Source: Octopus vulgaris
Lineage: Eukaryota
DNA: 64,000 nt
Assembly (NCBI GenBank): GCA_951406725.2
Contig: OX597826.1
Coordinates: forward strand, 9,052,001-9,116,000
Direction: 5' to 3'
Part shown: piece by piece, positions 13,794-26,089 of the stretch
Numbering within the stretch: position 1 is the first letter of the stretch
Layout of the letters: each line of letters begins with the position of its first letter
The notes under the pieces: model-generated
Seen by the model: the letters and a program-made list of their open reading frames with translations, nothing else
Database searches by the model: none
Told to the model about the DNA's origin: nothing
Program-made: the position numbers and the translations under genes

Positions 13794-14254
13794 ATGTGTG
13801 TGTGTGTGTGTGTATGTGTGTTTTTGTTTCTGACTTACAGTCAACTAACTGGGCAATACCCTATCATTTATATTCTGATTTCCGTAACTTTGCTAGCACG
13901 TATCTCTCTCTTGTCTACTCTATCATCCTATATATATTCTGATCCCTGTTCCTTCTGAGTGTGCCCTGGTACTAAGCCACCATCTTTCTCCTGTTCTCTC
14001 TTGCACTCTCACTCTCCTCCTCTCTCTTTCTCTTGCTCTCTCTCCCTCTGACTGTATCTCCTCTACATTAACACACCTGTTTCTGTTCTCATTCTCAATC
14101 ACACTCTCTCTCTTTGACCAGGTAACCATGTATCACTTCAAGACCTCTATTTTTGTCATTCTGTTACACACTGAACTTTCATCATCTGACATCAGACCAC
14201 CTCCTCTAATGCTCCCTCCCATCTCAAAGGATCTTTGTCTTGCAAGTTTATTGA

Positions 14255-14615
14255 AGTAGATTTCCTACAGCCTGATGCACTTCCTGTCACTAACCCTTAC
14301 CTGTTTCCAAGCAATATAATGTTTCCCATGGCCAAACATGTTTTTGTAGAATGCAATAAACAATATTGAATGACATTCATTTACCACAACCACATGATGT
14401 CAAGACAAGAAGAGACAAACACATGCATGCACACACACACACACACACACACACACGATGAGCTTCTTTTGGCTTCCATCTACCAAATCCACTCATAAGG
14501 CTTTGGTCAGCCTGGTGCTATAGTAAAAGACACTTACACTAGGTACCGCACAGTGGAACTGAACCCTAAACTATGTGGTTGAAAGCAGTCTTCTTAACCA
14601 TACAGCTATGTCTGC
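14255..14615 (-). mobile_element. SINE family A head with alternative RTE-like tail
   Basis: Family A head followed by TTGTCTTGACATC...GGAAACAGGTAAGGGTTAGTGACAGGAAGTGCATC. Similar copies at ~3350-3630 and ~36620-37325. Confidence 0.7.
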
Positions 14616-15299
14616 ATACATACTTGTTAAGCCTTTGGAAATTCTACTAGAAACATGAATTATTCCTCTTCAATACAAAATCATTATAATGAATAATGGT
14701 AAAAAAAAAACAGAAAGCAAAAAACAACCCAGCAAAACAGAACAATGTCATCACCGTTATTGTGATTACTACCTACAGCTATGAAACAAACTACTGCAAC
14801 TCCACCACACCCACAACAATGAAACAAACCGCATCACCGCTGCCACCACCACCACCACCATCACAACCAGTAGTAAACAAATAGACAACTGTTACAAAGT
14901 GTAACATTTACTTTTTAAATGTTGAAATTTATGAAGCAAATGTCCAGGTTCAGTGTTGAAACGAATTAAATCATAGACAATTTTTCAAATATAAATTTTA
15001 GTCTGATAAAAAGAAGTCTTTGCTGGCGTCTCCTTATTCTTACCACAACCACCAGCAATGCCATGTAAAGCATGAATTATTCATCTTCTCTATGAAATCA
15101 CTGTAAAATCTTGGGATATATGAATGTAGTATTATATTAACACATTAAAGTTCATATTTTTTTTTAATGGAAATAGCTAATAATTTTTGGTATTTGACAG
15201 TATGCTGTAAAAATAAAATTAAATCGATAAGAGTTCATTTTAATTAAATAAGTAGAGTTGCAGGAAGCAGGGATGACTAAAATATATTTGTGTAAAGTT

Positions 15300-15785
15300 A
15301 TATTTAATATACTTGAACACACTTGGACATGGAAATACCTTCTGATGTGGAAATAGTTGCTGGAGACAATTCTCCTCTTAGACAATCAGTGAAAACACAT
15401 TGGGCTGTGAATGATGTTAGTGGATCATAGGATGCAGGCATTTCTGTGTTCTTTCACATCATTAGCTATAAACACCAAAGCTGTCTTTCACAACTCAATA
15501 AGAATGAATTTGTTCTTATATCAGGTTTGCTGATATATGTAAACTTGGTCACACTAGAACTAAATAAAGTTGTATTAAGCAGCATTGAATAAAATGTAGT
15601 CATATAAAGTTTGATTCAACACATTGAAGTCAGCTTGGATGTGGGAAGACCTTCCACTGCGTAAGTAGTCCGAGGAGAAAATTCATTTTCTTCCTTGGTA
15701 AGTGGAAATACAATGGGCAAGAATGACTTCATTGGATTGTAAGAGGCATATGTTTCTTTGTTCTTTCACATCATTAGCTATCTCC
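15300..15785 (+). repeat. diverged ~313-bp tandem duplication
   Basis: GTTCTTTCACATCATTAGCTAT at ~15448 and ~15761; CTTGGA..GACCTTC/TACCTTC blocks at 15322 and 15634. Confidence 0.7.
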
Positions 15786-16056
15786 TTTCTTCTTTTTTGC
15801 TCTCTCCTTCCTCCCTCTCTTCTGCTATTATCAGTAACGATGTCATCACACCACTAAACTAACTGCCAAGTTTCTTTATTAAAATTAGTTTCAGATTTTG
15901 ACACAAGGCCAGTAATTTTGGAGGAGCGGGTAAGTTGATTCCATTGGCCCCACTGCTCAACTAGTATTCATTTTATCAAAACTGAAAAGATGAGCGGCAA
16001 AGTCGACCTCAGCAGAATTTGCACTCGGAACAATAGTGCAGTCAATAGTGGGTTAG

Positions 16057-16108
16057 ATGAGAGCTGAAGAAGGGGCAATGACCCCTGAAATATGGTATAT
16101 ACACTCAT
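16057..16108 (+). ncRNA. type I hammerhead ribozyme, core intact
   Basis: ATGAGAG CTGAAGA AGGGG CAATGA CCCCT GAAA TATGGTATA TA CACTCAT: stem I 6/7 bp, stem II 5 bp, near-palindromic stem III. Confidence 0.85.
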
Positions 16109-16278
16109 TACCCACTTTTGTCTTCAATTACATTGTCTGTTTACATCTGATGTCTCAATATGAAATATTGCAAAAATTAATGCTAGCTATAATGTAAAGA
16201 GCACTGCTGGCACAATAGAATGTGGTACTGACTCATGAAAACATTTAGTATACCTTATAATATATTGTGTTTACAAAA

Positions 16279-16763
16279 GGATCAGAATGGAAATCGATCA
16301 ATGGAAATTGCAGATGTGTTACCAGTGCCAGTGGCATGTCGAAACTCTACTTGTGAAGACCCGTTGAGGCAAGTGAGGATCAGAATGGAAATCAATGGAA
16401 ATTGCAGATGTGTTACCAGTGCTGGTGGCATGTAAGAGAACCTTCCGTTTCGCGACCGTTGCCAGCACCGCCCCGTTTCGTGTCCGTAGCCAGCCTCGCC
16501 TGGCCCTTGTGCCGGTGGCACATAAAAAGCACCATCCGTTCGTGGCCGTTTGCCAGCTCTGTCTGGCACCTGTGCGGGTGGCACGTAAAAAGCACCCACT
16601 ACACTCACGGAGTGGTTGGCGTTAGGAAGGGCATCCAGCCGTAGAAACACTGCCAGATTTGACTGGGCCTGATGAAGCCTTCTGGCTTCACAGACCCCAG
16701 TAGAACCGTCCAACCCATGCTAGCATGGAAAACGGATGCTAAACGACGATGATGATGATGATG
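16279..16763 (+). mobile_element. RTE-type LINE 3' UTR fragment with (GAT)n tail
   Basis: Repeated GTGCCGGTGGCAC(G/A)TAAAAAGCACC hairpins, then GTGGTTGGCGTTAGGAAGGGCATCCAGC, ending GATGATGATGATGA. The same tail follows RTE ORF ends elsewhere (20330-20700, 62690-63035). Confidence 0.8.
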
Positions 16764-16862
16764 AAACCAACCCCAGGAATGCATCTAATATGTAAATTGG
16801 TATATCCAATAACTTAGCACTGCTGTATGCTGTGGCTATGTTTGGAGGCAATAGTGGGTTAG

Positions 16863-16914
16863 ATGAGTGCTGAAGAATGGGCAACGACCCCTGATATATG
16901 GCATATACACTCAT
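16863..16914 (+). ncRNA. type I hammerhead ribozyme, second tandem copy (GAAA>GATA)
   Basis: ATGAGTG CTGAAGA ATGGG CAACGA CCCCT GATA TATGGCATA TA CACTCAT, with a perfect 7-bp stem I. Confidence 0.75.
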
Positions 16915-17265
16915 TACTCCCTTTGTCTTTGATCACATTGTCTGTCTACATGTGACGTCTTGATATGAAACGTTATAGCAAAAATCATTGCTAGCTATAA
17001 GTTCAATAGAATATCTGTAGAAATAACCTAAACAAAATAATGTAAAGAGCACTGCTGATGCAATAGAATGCAGTACTGACTGATGAAAACATTTAGTATA
17101 GCTTATAGTATATTGTGTTTGCATAACAAAGTACCATGTACCAACGGATCTTTAATAATCAGAGCATAAAGATGGATGAAATGCCGCTAAGGATTTTGGC
17201 TGGCATGCTGACGATTCTGCCAGCTTGTCGCCTTAGTTACAATATTAATATTATGGTTTGTGTTA

Positions 17266-17480
17266 AGGTGGCAAGCTGGCAGAATTGTTAGCATGCTGGG
17301 CAAAATGTTTAGCAGCATTTTGACCCTCTTCATGTTCTGAGATCAAATTCCACTGAGGTTAGCTTTGCTTTTTCATCCTTTTGGAGTCAATAAAATAAAT
17401 ACCAGTTGATTACTGGGGTTGATGTAATTAACTCAGTCCTTTCCCTGAAATTGCTGGCCTTGTGCCAAAATTTGAGACCA
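17266..17480 (+). mobile_element. SINE family B
   Basis: AGGTGGCAAGCTGGCAGAATTGTTAGC head; TTTCATCCTTTTGGAGTCAATAAAATAAATACCAG domain. Confidence 0.8.
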
Positions 17481-17783
17481 ATATTATCATGTGTGTATGT
17501 ATGTGAATGTTTCAGTAGGTCACTGGATTTGTGAAGTTAGTGTGCAAGCAAGGTAACTACACTGTTACAGATATGTATTGTATATGGAAAAGCAGTTTAA
17601 AGTGATCCATGTGGAAAGAATACGCAGATGACCAAGGAAGATAGCTCTCAGCATGCTAAGGAAATGACTTATTTTTGCATCAAGTAGTGAGACAAAGACC
17701 TAGAGATCTATCCAACCCCTGTAAAAATGGATAAATGGATGTAAAAAAAAGTGGTGATGATGGTGTATTTATGTGTGTGTATG

Positions 17784-17821
<38 letters not shown>

Positions 17822-17830
17822 CACACACAA

Positions 17831-17861
<31 letters not shown>

Positions 17862-17881
17862 TGCATATATACACACATGTT

Positions 17882-17926
<45 letters not shown>

Positions 17927-18208
17927 ATATACACACAATGCATAAAGAGATGTGCTGCTAATACAGCTTAATGCCATCTTTATCTATTGTACATTTTAAA
18001 CATCATTATTTATGCATTGCCATTTAAATACATGGCATTTATTTTGTAAAATATTGTTCTATTTACCTTATTACAGTCCACACAACCTACTTCAGCATCC
18101 ACTGAATGTCACAGATGGGGACATATTCATACATACTCAAGCATACACACACACACACAGGCAAAATAAGCATGTTCTATGCTGCATTGGTAAAATAGTT
18201 CTACCATA

Positions 18209-18580
18209 GGTGCAGGAGTGGCTGTATGGTAAGAAGTTTGCTTCCCAACCACATGGTTCTAGGTTCAGTCCCATTGCATGGCACCTTGGGCAAGTGTCTT
18301 CTGTAGCCTGAAGCCAACCAAAGCCTTGTGAGTGGATTTGGTAGATGGAAACTGAAAGAAGCCTGTCGTGTGTGTGTGTATTTGTGTCTGTGTGTGTACC
18401 TCCATCATTGCTTCATAATTGATGTTGGTGTGTTTACATCCCCATAACTTAGTAGTTTGGCAAAAGAGACCCATAGAATAAGTACTAGGCTTACAAAGAA
18501 TAAGTCTTGGGGCCAATTTGTTTGACTAAAAGCAGTTCTCCAGCATGGCCACAGTCAAATGACTGAAAAAACCAATAGAA
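18209..18580 (+). mobile_element. SINE family A, full length
   Basis: GGTGCAGGAGTGGCTGTATGGTAAGAAG head through GTCAAATGACTGAAA tail. Confidence 0.9.
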
Positions 18581-18783
18581 TACTGCATATTGCTATATAT
18601 AAGAAATGTTTTTCATCTCATCCTTGAAACAAAACATAATTTTGTGATTCGACCTTACTATTTCTTTGTGTCCGCATATTTTGAAATCATTTAATATATA
18701 TGTTTCAGGTCTACATAGAATATGATAGGAAATGCATCCATTACATAAGACCTTCCAGAGTTAAAGTATTTCAATATATATAT

Positions 18784-19654
18784 AAGGTGTGGTAAGTAAA
18801 TTCTTGCTATTTTATAATTTTAGTTACGTGCATGGGCAGTTTGTTTTTGATTTTGTCAACTACACAGTATAGTAGGGTTAGTTGGGAACTGTCTGGTAGA
18901 AAAACAGTACCATGACGCAATTCACTCTGCCTTAAATTTGGAAATGACATGCTGGATTGCTTGGCATTCATGCTGGGAGCTGAAATACAAACAGATGGTG
19001 AACACACAGAACAACCATTGGCTTGCCATGTCCCCAAAACATGTACTAAGAGTGATAAAAATCAAACATCCAGTCAACATCATGGTGTTTCGAGTGATTA
19101 CTAGCGATGGTGACGTTCATCTTCCCATATGGCTTTAGATTCAACATGGAGGCCTACGTCAAATGCCTGGAGGAGTTAGTGCTACTCTGGGTCAAGAGAG
19201 AGGCTGTTGGAAGACCCAATGTATGGCAACAGGACTCTGCACCACACCACACAAACAGAGAAACCCAGTCATTTCTGTCAGACAATTTCTGTGACCACAT
19301 CACCCCTAATGTCTGACCACCTAACTCAGACTGCAACCCCCTTGATTATTATGTGTGGGGTGCAGTTGAGCAAGAGACCAACAAAACTCCTTGTTACACC
19401 AAAGATGAACTGAAGGCAAGGATTATGGCAGCATTCACCAACTTAAACTAGGAGACTTTCCAGAAGAGTTGCAGGAGATTCTGAAGTCATCTGGAGGCCA
19501 TGGTTGAAGCCAATGGTGATTTTATTGAATTAATTTACTTTTTAATATTTCAAGATATTTTAATGTAATTTTGGTAAATATATCTGTTAAAATGAGATGT
19601 CAGTATTATATCATTTTTGCATAATTTAGATGACAGTATATTCACTGCACCCTT
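18784..19654 (+). mobile_element. internally deleted Tc1/mariner-superfamily element, DD37D (maT)-like
   Basis: Peptides IMVFRVITSDG, WQQDSAPHHT, *PPNSDCNPLDYYVWG and LEAMVEANGDFIE. The D..D spacing is ~36-37. The right end is the reverse complement of the CAGGGTGCAG-type TIR. Confidence 0.85.
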
Positions 19655-19659
19655 ATGTG

Positions 19660-19695
<36 letters not shown>

Positions 19696-20329
19696 AGTGG
19701 CTCTTTGGTAAGAAGCTTGCTTCTCAACCACATGGTTCCAGGTTCAGCCCCACTGCATGGCATCTTGGACAAGTGTCTTCTACTATAGCCTCTGACCAAC
19801 CAAAGCCTTATTAGTGGACTTAGTAGATGGAAACTGAAAGAAGCCCGTTGCATATATATATATATATGTATGTATATATATTTGTGTATGTGTATGTATA
19901 TATATATATATATAGGTGTAGATATGGCAGTGTGGTAAGAAGATTGCTTCCCAACCACATGGTTCCAGGTTCAGTCCCATTGCATAGCAGTAAGTATCTG
20001 CTTTGTAGCCATGAGCCAATCAAAGCCTTATCAGTGTATTTGGTAGAGAAACTGGAAAAGCTCTGTCATATGTATGTATATATATATATATGTGTGTGTG
20101 TCTGCGTGGCTGTATTTGTTCTCCCATCACCACTTGACAACCAGTGCTGGCATGTTTACCTCCCCATAACTTAATGGTTCAGCAAAGAGACCAATAGAAT
20201 AAGTACTGGGCTTAAAAAAATAAGCCCTGAGGTCGATCTGTTCAACTAAAATCCTTCAAGGCTCTCTAGCATTGCTGCATTCAAATGAGTGAAACAAATA
20301 AAGGAATATATATATATATATATATAGAT

Positions 20330-20705
20330 CCATAAAGAAGTGCGAATCTCTGGAAGTGAATGGAACTTGTGAAAGAGGAAGACCCGGGAAGACATGGAAT
20401 GAGTTACTGAAGAATAACCTCAGGATACCAAACCTTTCAGACAAGATGAAAAAGCACCAAATACATCTGGCACTTTGCTGTATTCAAGAAGACCCATCCT
20501 CCACAGCAGAAGTGTTAAGGCCACTCACCCTGAAGAGGAAGACTAGCCTGCAGGAGTCCTGTGCTGGTGCCACATAAAAAGCACTCATGTTGGTGCCATG
20601 TTAAAAGTGCCCAGTACACACTGTAAAGTAGTTGGCATTAGGAAGGGCATCCAGCTGTAGAAGCCAAGCCAAATCAGATAAGAGCCTGGTGCAGGCTGGT
20701 GTAGT
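20330..20705 (+). mobile_element. RTE LINE 3' end (ORF C-terminus plus UTR)
   Basis: KKCESLEVNGTCERGRPGKTWNELLKNNL (RTE GRP..TW motif), then the AGGAAGGGCATCCAGC tail. An inverted tail fragment follows at ~20735-20970. Confidence 0.75.
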
Positions 20706-21933
20706 CCTCCAGCTCTTCTGGGTGGCTTAGTGGACCACATTCTGCTCATATGTTCTATTTTGGCATAGTTTCTATGGTTAAATACTCTTCTTAACACCAA
20801 ATATTCACAAAGTGTCTTGTGTATATTTTGATGTGGCACCAGCTTTAGAGAGGTTGCCATGTCCTCACTCAGACCAAAGGTGTCTCTTGAACTTAGGTTG
20901 TCTCAGCTTCTTTAGCTCCCACTTTATAGTGTGTACTGGGTGCAATTTATCACAGCACCAGCACAGTTGCTCAGTGGTTCCATACATATAGAGTCTTCTC
21001 TATGACATACACATACACTCACACATCAAGATATGCTGTAAATGATTTCCAATTCATTATAAAAATGCTAATTTAATGCATGGAATTCAGTGTATAATTC
21101 AGTAAATGGCTATTATCTTCATGTTAGACAGGCATAATATCTGCAGCCTTTCAAGTTCAATGTTTATATTAGGTGTAAATCTATTTCAGCTCCATAATTC
21201 ATAAAATATTGCGAAAATAGAAGCAGAATTTATAATGCTTACACTATGCCATTACAGAATGAGGAATGTGTGTGTGTGTGTGTGCGTGTGTGTGTAATGA
21301 TTGAGATAATTTTAAGAGATATATTATTCCATGTAAATGCATAAAATAGTAATAAAGAATGTGTGTTTGTGCATATGTATATAAATATATATATGTTAGA
21401 TGTGTGTTTGTGTTAAAAATACAAATATGTGGATTTATAATGTGTTTATAATAGGCTATATTTGTTTGCTTGAATATGTTCGTACAAGTCACTTAACTTT
21501 TTTATTCTTATATAAATAAATGTGTGTATGTGTGTACAAGAGTAGGCATGTGATTAAGCTTGCTTGTCAACCATGTGGTTTTGGATTCAGTCTCACTGAG
21601 TGGCACCTTGGGCAAATGTCTTCTAGACAGAAGTGGCACAAAGCTCATTGTGTGTGTGAATGTTTTACATTCTGCATTTTGCATGAAAAAGGTAGGAGTT
21701 ATAACCTGTTGTTTGTTGACATTTCCTGTCAACAAATCATTTGCTAGTTCTGCACTTTCAAAGACCTGCAGAATAAAGATTCCCTCACTTGAAAAAACTT
21801 ATAAGAGTTAGCAACTGGAAAGGCATCCAACTGTAAAATAATCCCTTAGTAATATTCATTTGTCTAACCAATGTTAGCATGATAAAACTTTTTATTTGCT
21901 AAGAAGCAATAAATTACAGAGTTCCCAGAGCTC

Positions 21934-21970
<37 letters not shown>

Positions 21971-24051
21971 TGTGTGTTGGCAATCCCTCTGGGCTGATTA
22001 TTCACCTAATTTAACTTTTATAGATATGATTATGTAGGTCAGGGCTGGATCTACAAGTCCTGTCACAGACAAGGCATCTTTTTGTTTTGTGGGAAACGAT
22101 GCACAATGTTGAACAGTTTGTGCCACATTCTACAATTATACTTATTAAAATATTTGGTTTTTGCAATATCAAAGTGTTGGGTGTCTGGTGTTGGTTATTA
22201 ACAAACAATTTCTTTTTTTACATATTGTTGCCACACTTTCACAAATTTTCAAATGTCATTGAGTCACTTTCCTTTGTCAACCTTTTAATGCACTTCATTC
22301 ATTCAGCAGTCTGTTTGGGCAACTGATGGTCACAATTCATCCAACTTAGCCTGGCTTTGCCTTCAAATATCATGTCTCATGATCATGACTTACTTGTTCT
22401 GACTTTGAATGTGCACGGTTTTATTTTCTGCCATCCCTGGTGATATTCATTTTATAGAAATGGTGTCTATGAATTGTCCAGATTTCAGAGCTCTATAAAA
22501 GAGTGTGTAAACATGAAGAAGTTGTACCCATTCTTCTATATGGCTGATGACACTTCTTGATTACACTGGAAATGTCAGAAGGAAATCTTACACAACTATT
22601 GATAGAACAACTAGAAGATTCTGTCGGGTATACTCAGGCAAGCCAATTTTTCTCTTGCATTGGAACTGTGGTTATGTGATGATATCAGCTTCAATGAACT
22701 GGCCATGTTGTACGAATGGTCAACCAGCAGTAGCCCAAACAACTGTTTGACCCACAGATAATCTTTTAATTCATTTCAAATATGTATTTAAGAGTTTGAA
22801 AGTTTTGCGCCATTTTGGTGTCGATTGAAATATGCTTTGTAGAACATATTACAAAAGCTAACCATAAAGATAAATAATTTTCTGTTCAACTAAAGACACT
22901 CATGCTCTACAGAACACATCATAATACACCCAAAATGAGACAAATATTTATGGTGCTCAAGGTATTTAAAATGAATTTAAAGAATTTTTAAAACTGACTA
23001 TTGTCTAAATAACAAATGGAATGAATTTTTTAAGAATTGAGATTATTCCATACAAAACATTTATGGCAAACACCTTCAGAATTTGAGAAAACAAAACATG
23101 TATTGTTTTTGCAAGTGAGATATGGCTTGCATTTCAGCTGGATACAAAAAAAAAAAAGACTAGTTTGGGTTGACTGCTAGCTGCTTTAAGTCAACACTAA
23201 CTGAAGGATAAGAAATTTGGTGAAGAATTGAATAGTGTTGGCATTGATAACAACAACACTTCCTTTCAGAAACTGTCAGGGCCTGTAAATTGCTGAACCT
23301 GTTCAAAACAAAATCTGCTCAGAAAGAACTAAGAGTATATAGATACACAGGAACCGTTTTAATTCCTCAAAAATTGAGGTCAAATTATTAAGTTCCTTGA
23401 AAGATTCAAAGTGGACTTCAAAAATTTTAGAGACATACCTATTGTTTTTATATGAATGTTTTTCATTGCACTGAAAAACAATTAAGAAATTGTTGATGCA
23501 CTTAGCATGGACAGTTACAAAAATTGTTTTCACCTTTTAGCAGTTAAACTGGTCATATCTGGCACAAATATTCCACCTGTTTTATGTTGAAAATGGCCAG
23601 ATTCAGCTTCTCACACCTACCCTATTATGTTGTCCTAACAATAAGCAATAACATCTTCAAAATCTCAACACTACAAGATAATACATAATTAATTTTATGG
23701 AATGTAAATAAGCATGGCATTTGACAGAAAATCTGAATCTTAAAGAGATTCAAGTTAAACATTTAGTAAAACATTGAAAACATTTGTTTACTTTATGAAA
23801 CATACTTATTATAATAAAATTATGAATAACATGTTTTTCATAAAGCTCAATCATTGGTATTTTCTGAAGCCCTAAATCATACATCTCTAAATTTAAGGCA
23901 CATCTAGATATACGTTGTAGCACACCAGCACAGTGTGGCAAACTTTCTGAGAATCACTAATTCGAGTGGTTAAAAATGGAATAGATTTGAATAACTAAGA
24001 TTACTTCCATTACAAAATACTTAGTATTCAGAATGACTTAGTAGCATGTAT

Positions 24052-24255
24052 CATCATCATCATCGTTTAACGTCTGCTTTCCATGCTAGCATGGGTTGGA
24101 CGATTTTGACTGAGGGCTGGTGAGCCAGATGGCTGCACCAGGCTCCAATCTTGATCTGGCAGAGTTTCTACAGCTTGATGCCCTTCCTAACGCCAACCAC
24201 TCCGAGAGTGTTGTGGGTGCTTTTTACGTGCCACTGGCATGGGGGCCAGTCAGGT
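24052..24255 (-). mobile_element. RTE 3' UTR fragment with (GAT)n tail
   Basis: CATCATCATCGTTTAACGTC...CCCTTCCTAACGCCAACCAC. Similar copies at 35482-35768, 38740-38925, 39040-39270, 44900-45190, 49495-49890, 51905-52190, 52290-52570 and 58940-59145. Confidence 0.85.
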
Positions 24256-26089
24256 GGTCTGAAAATATTTAGGTGTTGTTGTTGGTGCAGTGTCATCATA
24301 GCTGCATTGTTGGTGTAGTGTAGTTACAGGCAGGCATAGATACCTTCTGCAGCCTTCCAACTTTAACTTGTAGAACAACCAGGAAGTGACATCTGTACAG
24401 GAGAAAGACTGTACTAGTGTTTGGTTGGTACTCATTTCAGTTGAGTTTGTTGGAGCAACACCAGATGCCTTGCTCAAGGACACAACTTGCTACCCAGCAC
24501 AGGAATTGAACTCACGATTTCATGACCATGTGCTCAACACCCTAACCACTTGGTCATGTACATTCACACACACACACACACACAATCATTTTTGTTAACA
24601 ATAGGCCCTATTGAGGCAATATAAAAAATTATTTTAACAACTGTTTACTTTAATACCTAATGCTTACTCTAAGTGTATATATGTGTTTGTATCTGTGTGT
24701 GTGTGTGTATTCTTCTGTTCTTCTACATGTTTCATCATTTGACTATGACCATGCTGGAGCACTGCTTTGAGTTTTGGTCAAAGGAATTAATCCCAGGACT
24801 TATGCTTTGTAAGCCTAGTACCTATTCTGTTGGTCTCTTTTCCTGAACTGCTGAGCTACAGGGACGTAAAGACACCAACATCAGTCAAGCAATGGGGAGG
24901 GGGACAGACACACACACACACATAATGGGCTTCTTTCAATTTCTGTCTACCAAATCCACTCATAAGGCTTTGGTTGGCCCAAGACTATATTAGAAGACAC
25001 TTGTGCAAGGTGCCAATGCAGTGGGACTGAACCCAGAATCGTGTGATTGGGAAGCAAGCTTCTTACCACACAGCCATGCCTGTGTGAGGAGCTTTCACTC
25101 AACTTCTGTCTATCGGATTCTGTTCACAAGGTGTTAGTGAAGCTGAGACTATATTATGAGACGCTTGTCTATAACCACATGGTTGTGAAACAAATGTCTC
25201 AACCACATAGCCATGCCATACTTATATGCAATATATCAACTAAAATTTTTTTTTAATCCTTGAAGTCAGTCCCCCAGCATGGCTAGTCAACGCACAGAAG
25301 CTCATAGAAGAATAAACTAAAAGGATATGTCATATTTTATATCAAAAATCTTTCTCCTTATATATACATAATATATGCAATATGTGCACACATACACTAA
25401 GTGCATTGATATTATTTTGATTTGCTTATACCCAGTCTCATCTGTATTTCTTCTTTCACTAGTGGTTGAAGGAAACCACCCAACAGCTTGCATGATTCTA
25501 AATTTTACCTGTAGACATATTCTTAATATTTATTCTTGTCTCCTATTTACAAAAGAGAGCAGAAAAACGAAGAGGGTTGGGATGGGATGGAGCACGTGAA
25601 AGCAGCTTCGTTGCTGATGTTTCTTTGTTCCATCTCCAGTGAAGCAACAATAGTTATATAGATTTATATTGAGTATTCTTAAGAGAAAACAGATATCTAT
25701 CTATCTATCTATCTATCTCCCCCCTCTTGCTCTCCTAATCCTACATCTTGCTTTCTCCATCCTCCCTTATATTCTCCCCCACCTTTGCTATCACCATCTC
25801 TCTCTCTCTCTCTCACACACTCTCCCTCTCTCACACACACTCTCCCTCTCTCACACACACTCTCTCTCTCACTCTCTCTCTCACTCTCTCTCCATATTTG
25901 GAATATTTCATTCCTAGTGGTTGTAGTGTTTGTGGGGTTGTTTAACCCTAGTCAGCTCTGAGCAAGCAGATTTTTCTCTGATCAAAGGCATTTTAGCAGT
26001 ATCCATTATTTCTTTTGTTATTTTTGCAGACTTACTGTATCCAGGATTACATATATTTTTTTAAAGTGACAGCTCAGTGTCATTTCTGA

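Larger units (their letters stand above)
16043..17125 (+). mobile_element. hammerhead-containing partial tandem (PLE pLTR-like or non-LTR retrozyme-like), ~320-bp unit, interrupted by an RTE 3' end
   Basis: Direct repeats ~16043-16275 and ~16849-17120 (offset 806), each with an HHR. The whole block splits a family B SINE (~15885-16031 and ~17159-17232). Confidence 0.8.

Noticed and set aside
16668-16690. CTGATGA followed by a hairpin (also CTGATGA at ~7081, 22544, 38228, 49375, 59010 and 62033)
   Set aside because: No correctly placed GAAA/UH. Some are point variants of the RTE tail consensus.
18709-18765. Possible small exon TTTCAG|GTCTAC...AAA|GTATTT (VYIEYDRKCIHYIRPSRVK)
   Set aside because: Weak donor, no recognisable homology and no partner exons; it cannot be supported without RNA data.
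22000-23300. Cys-containing coding-like stretch (CSTLC..KRCLVC)
   Set aside because: Probably a decayed transposase, but I could not assign a motif or termini with confidence.
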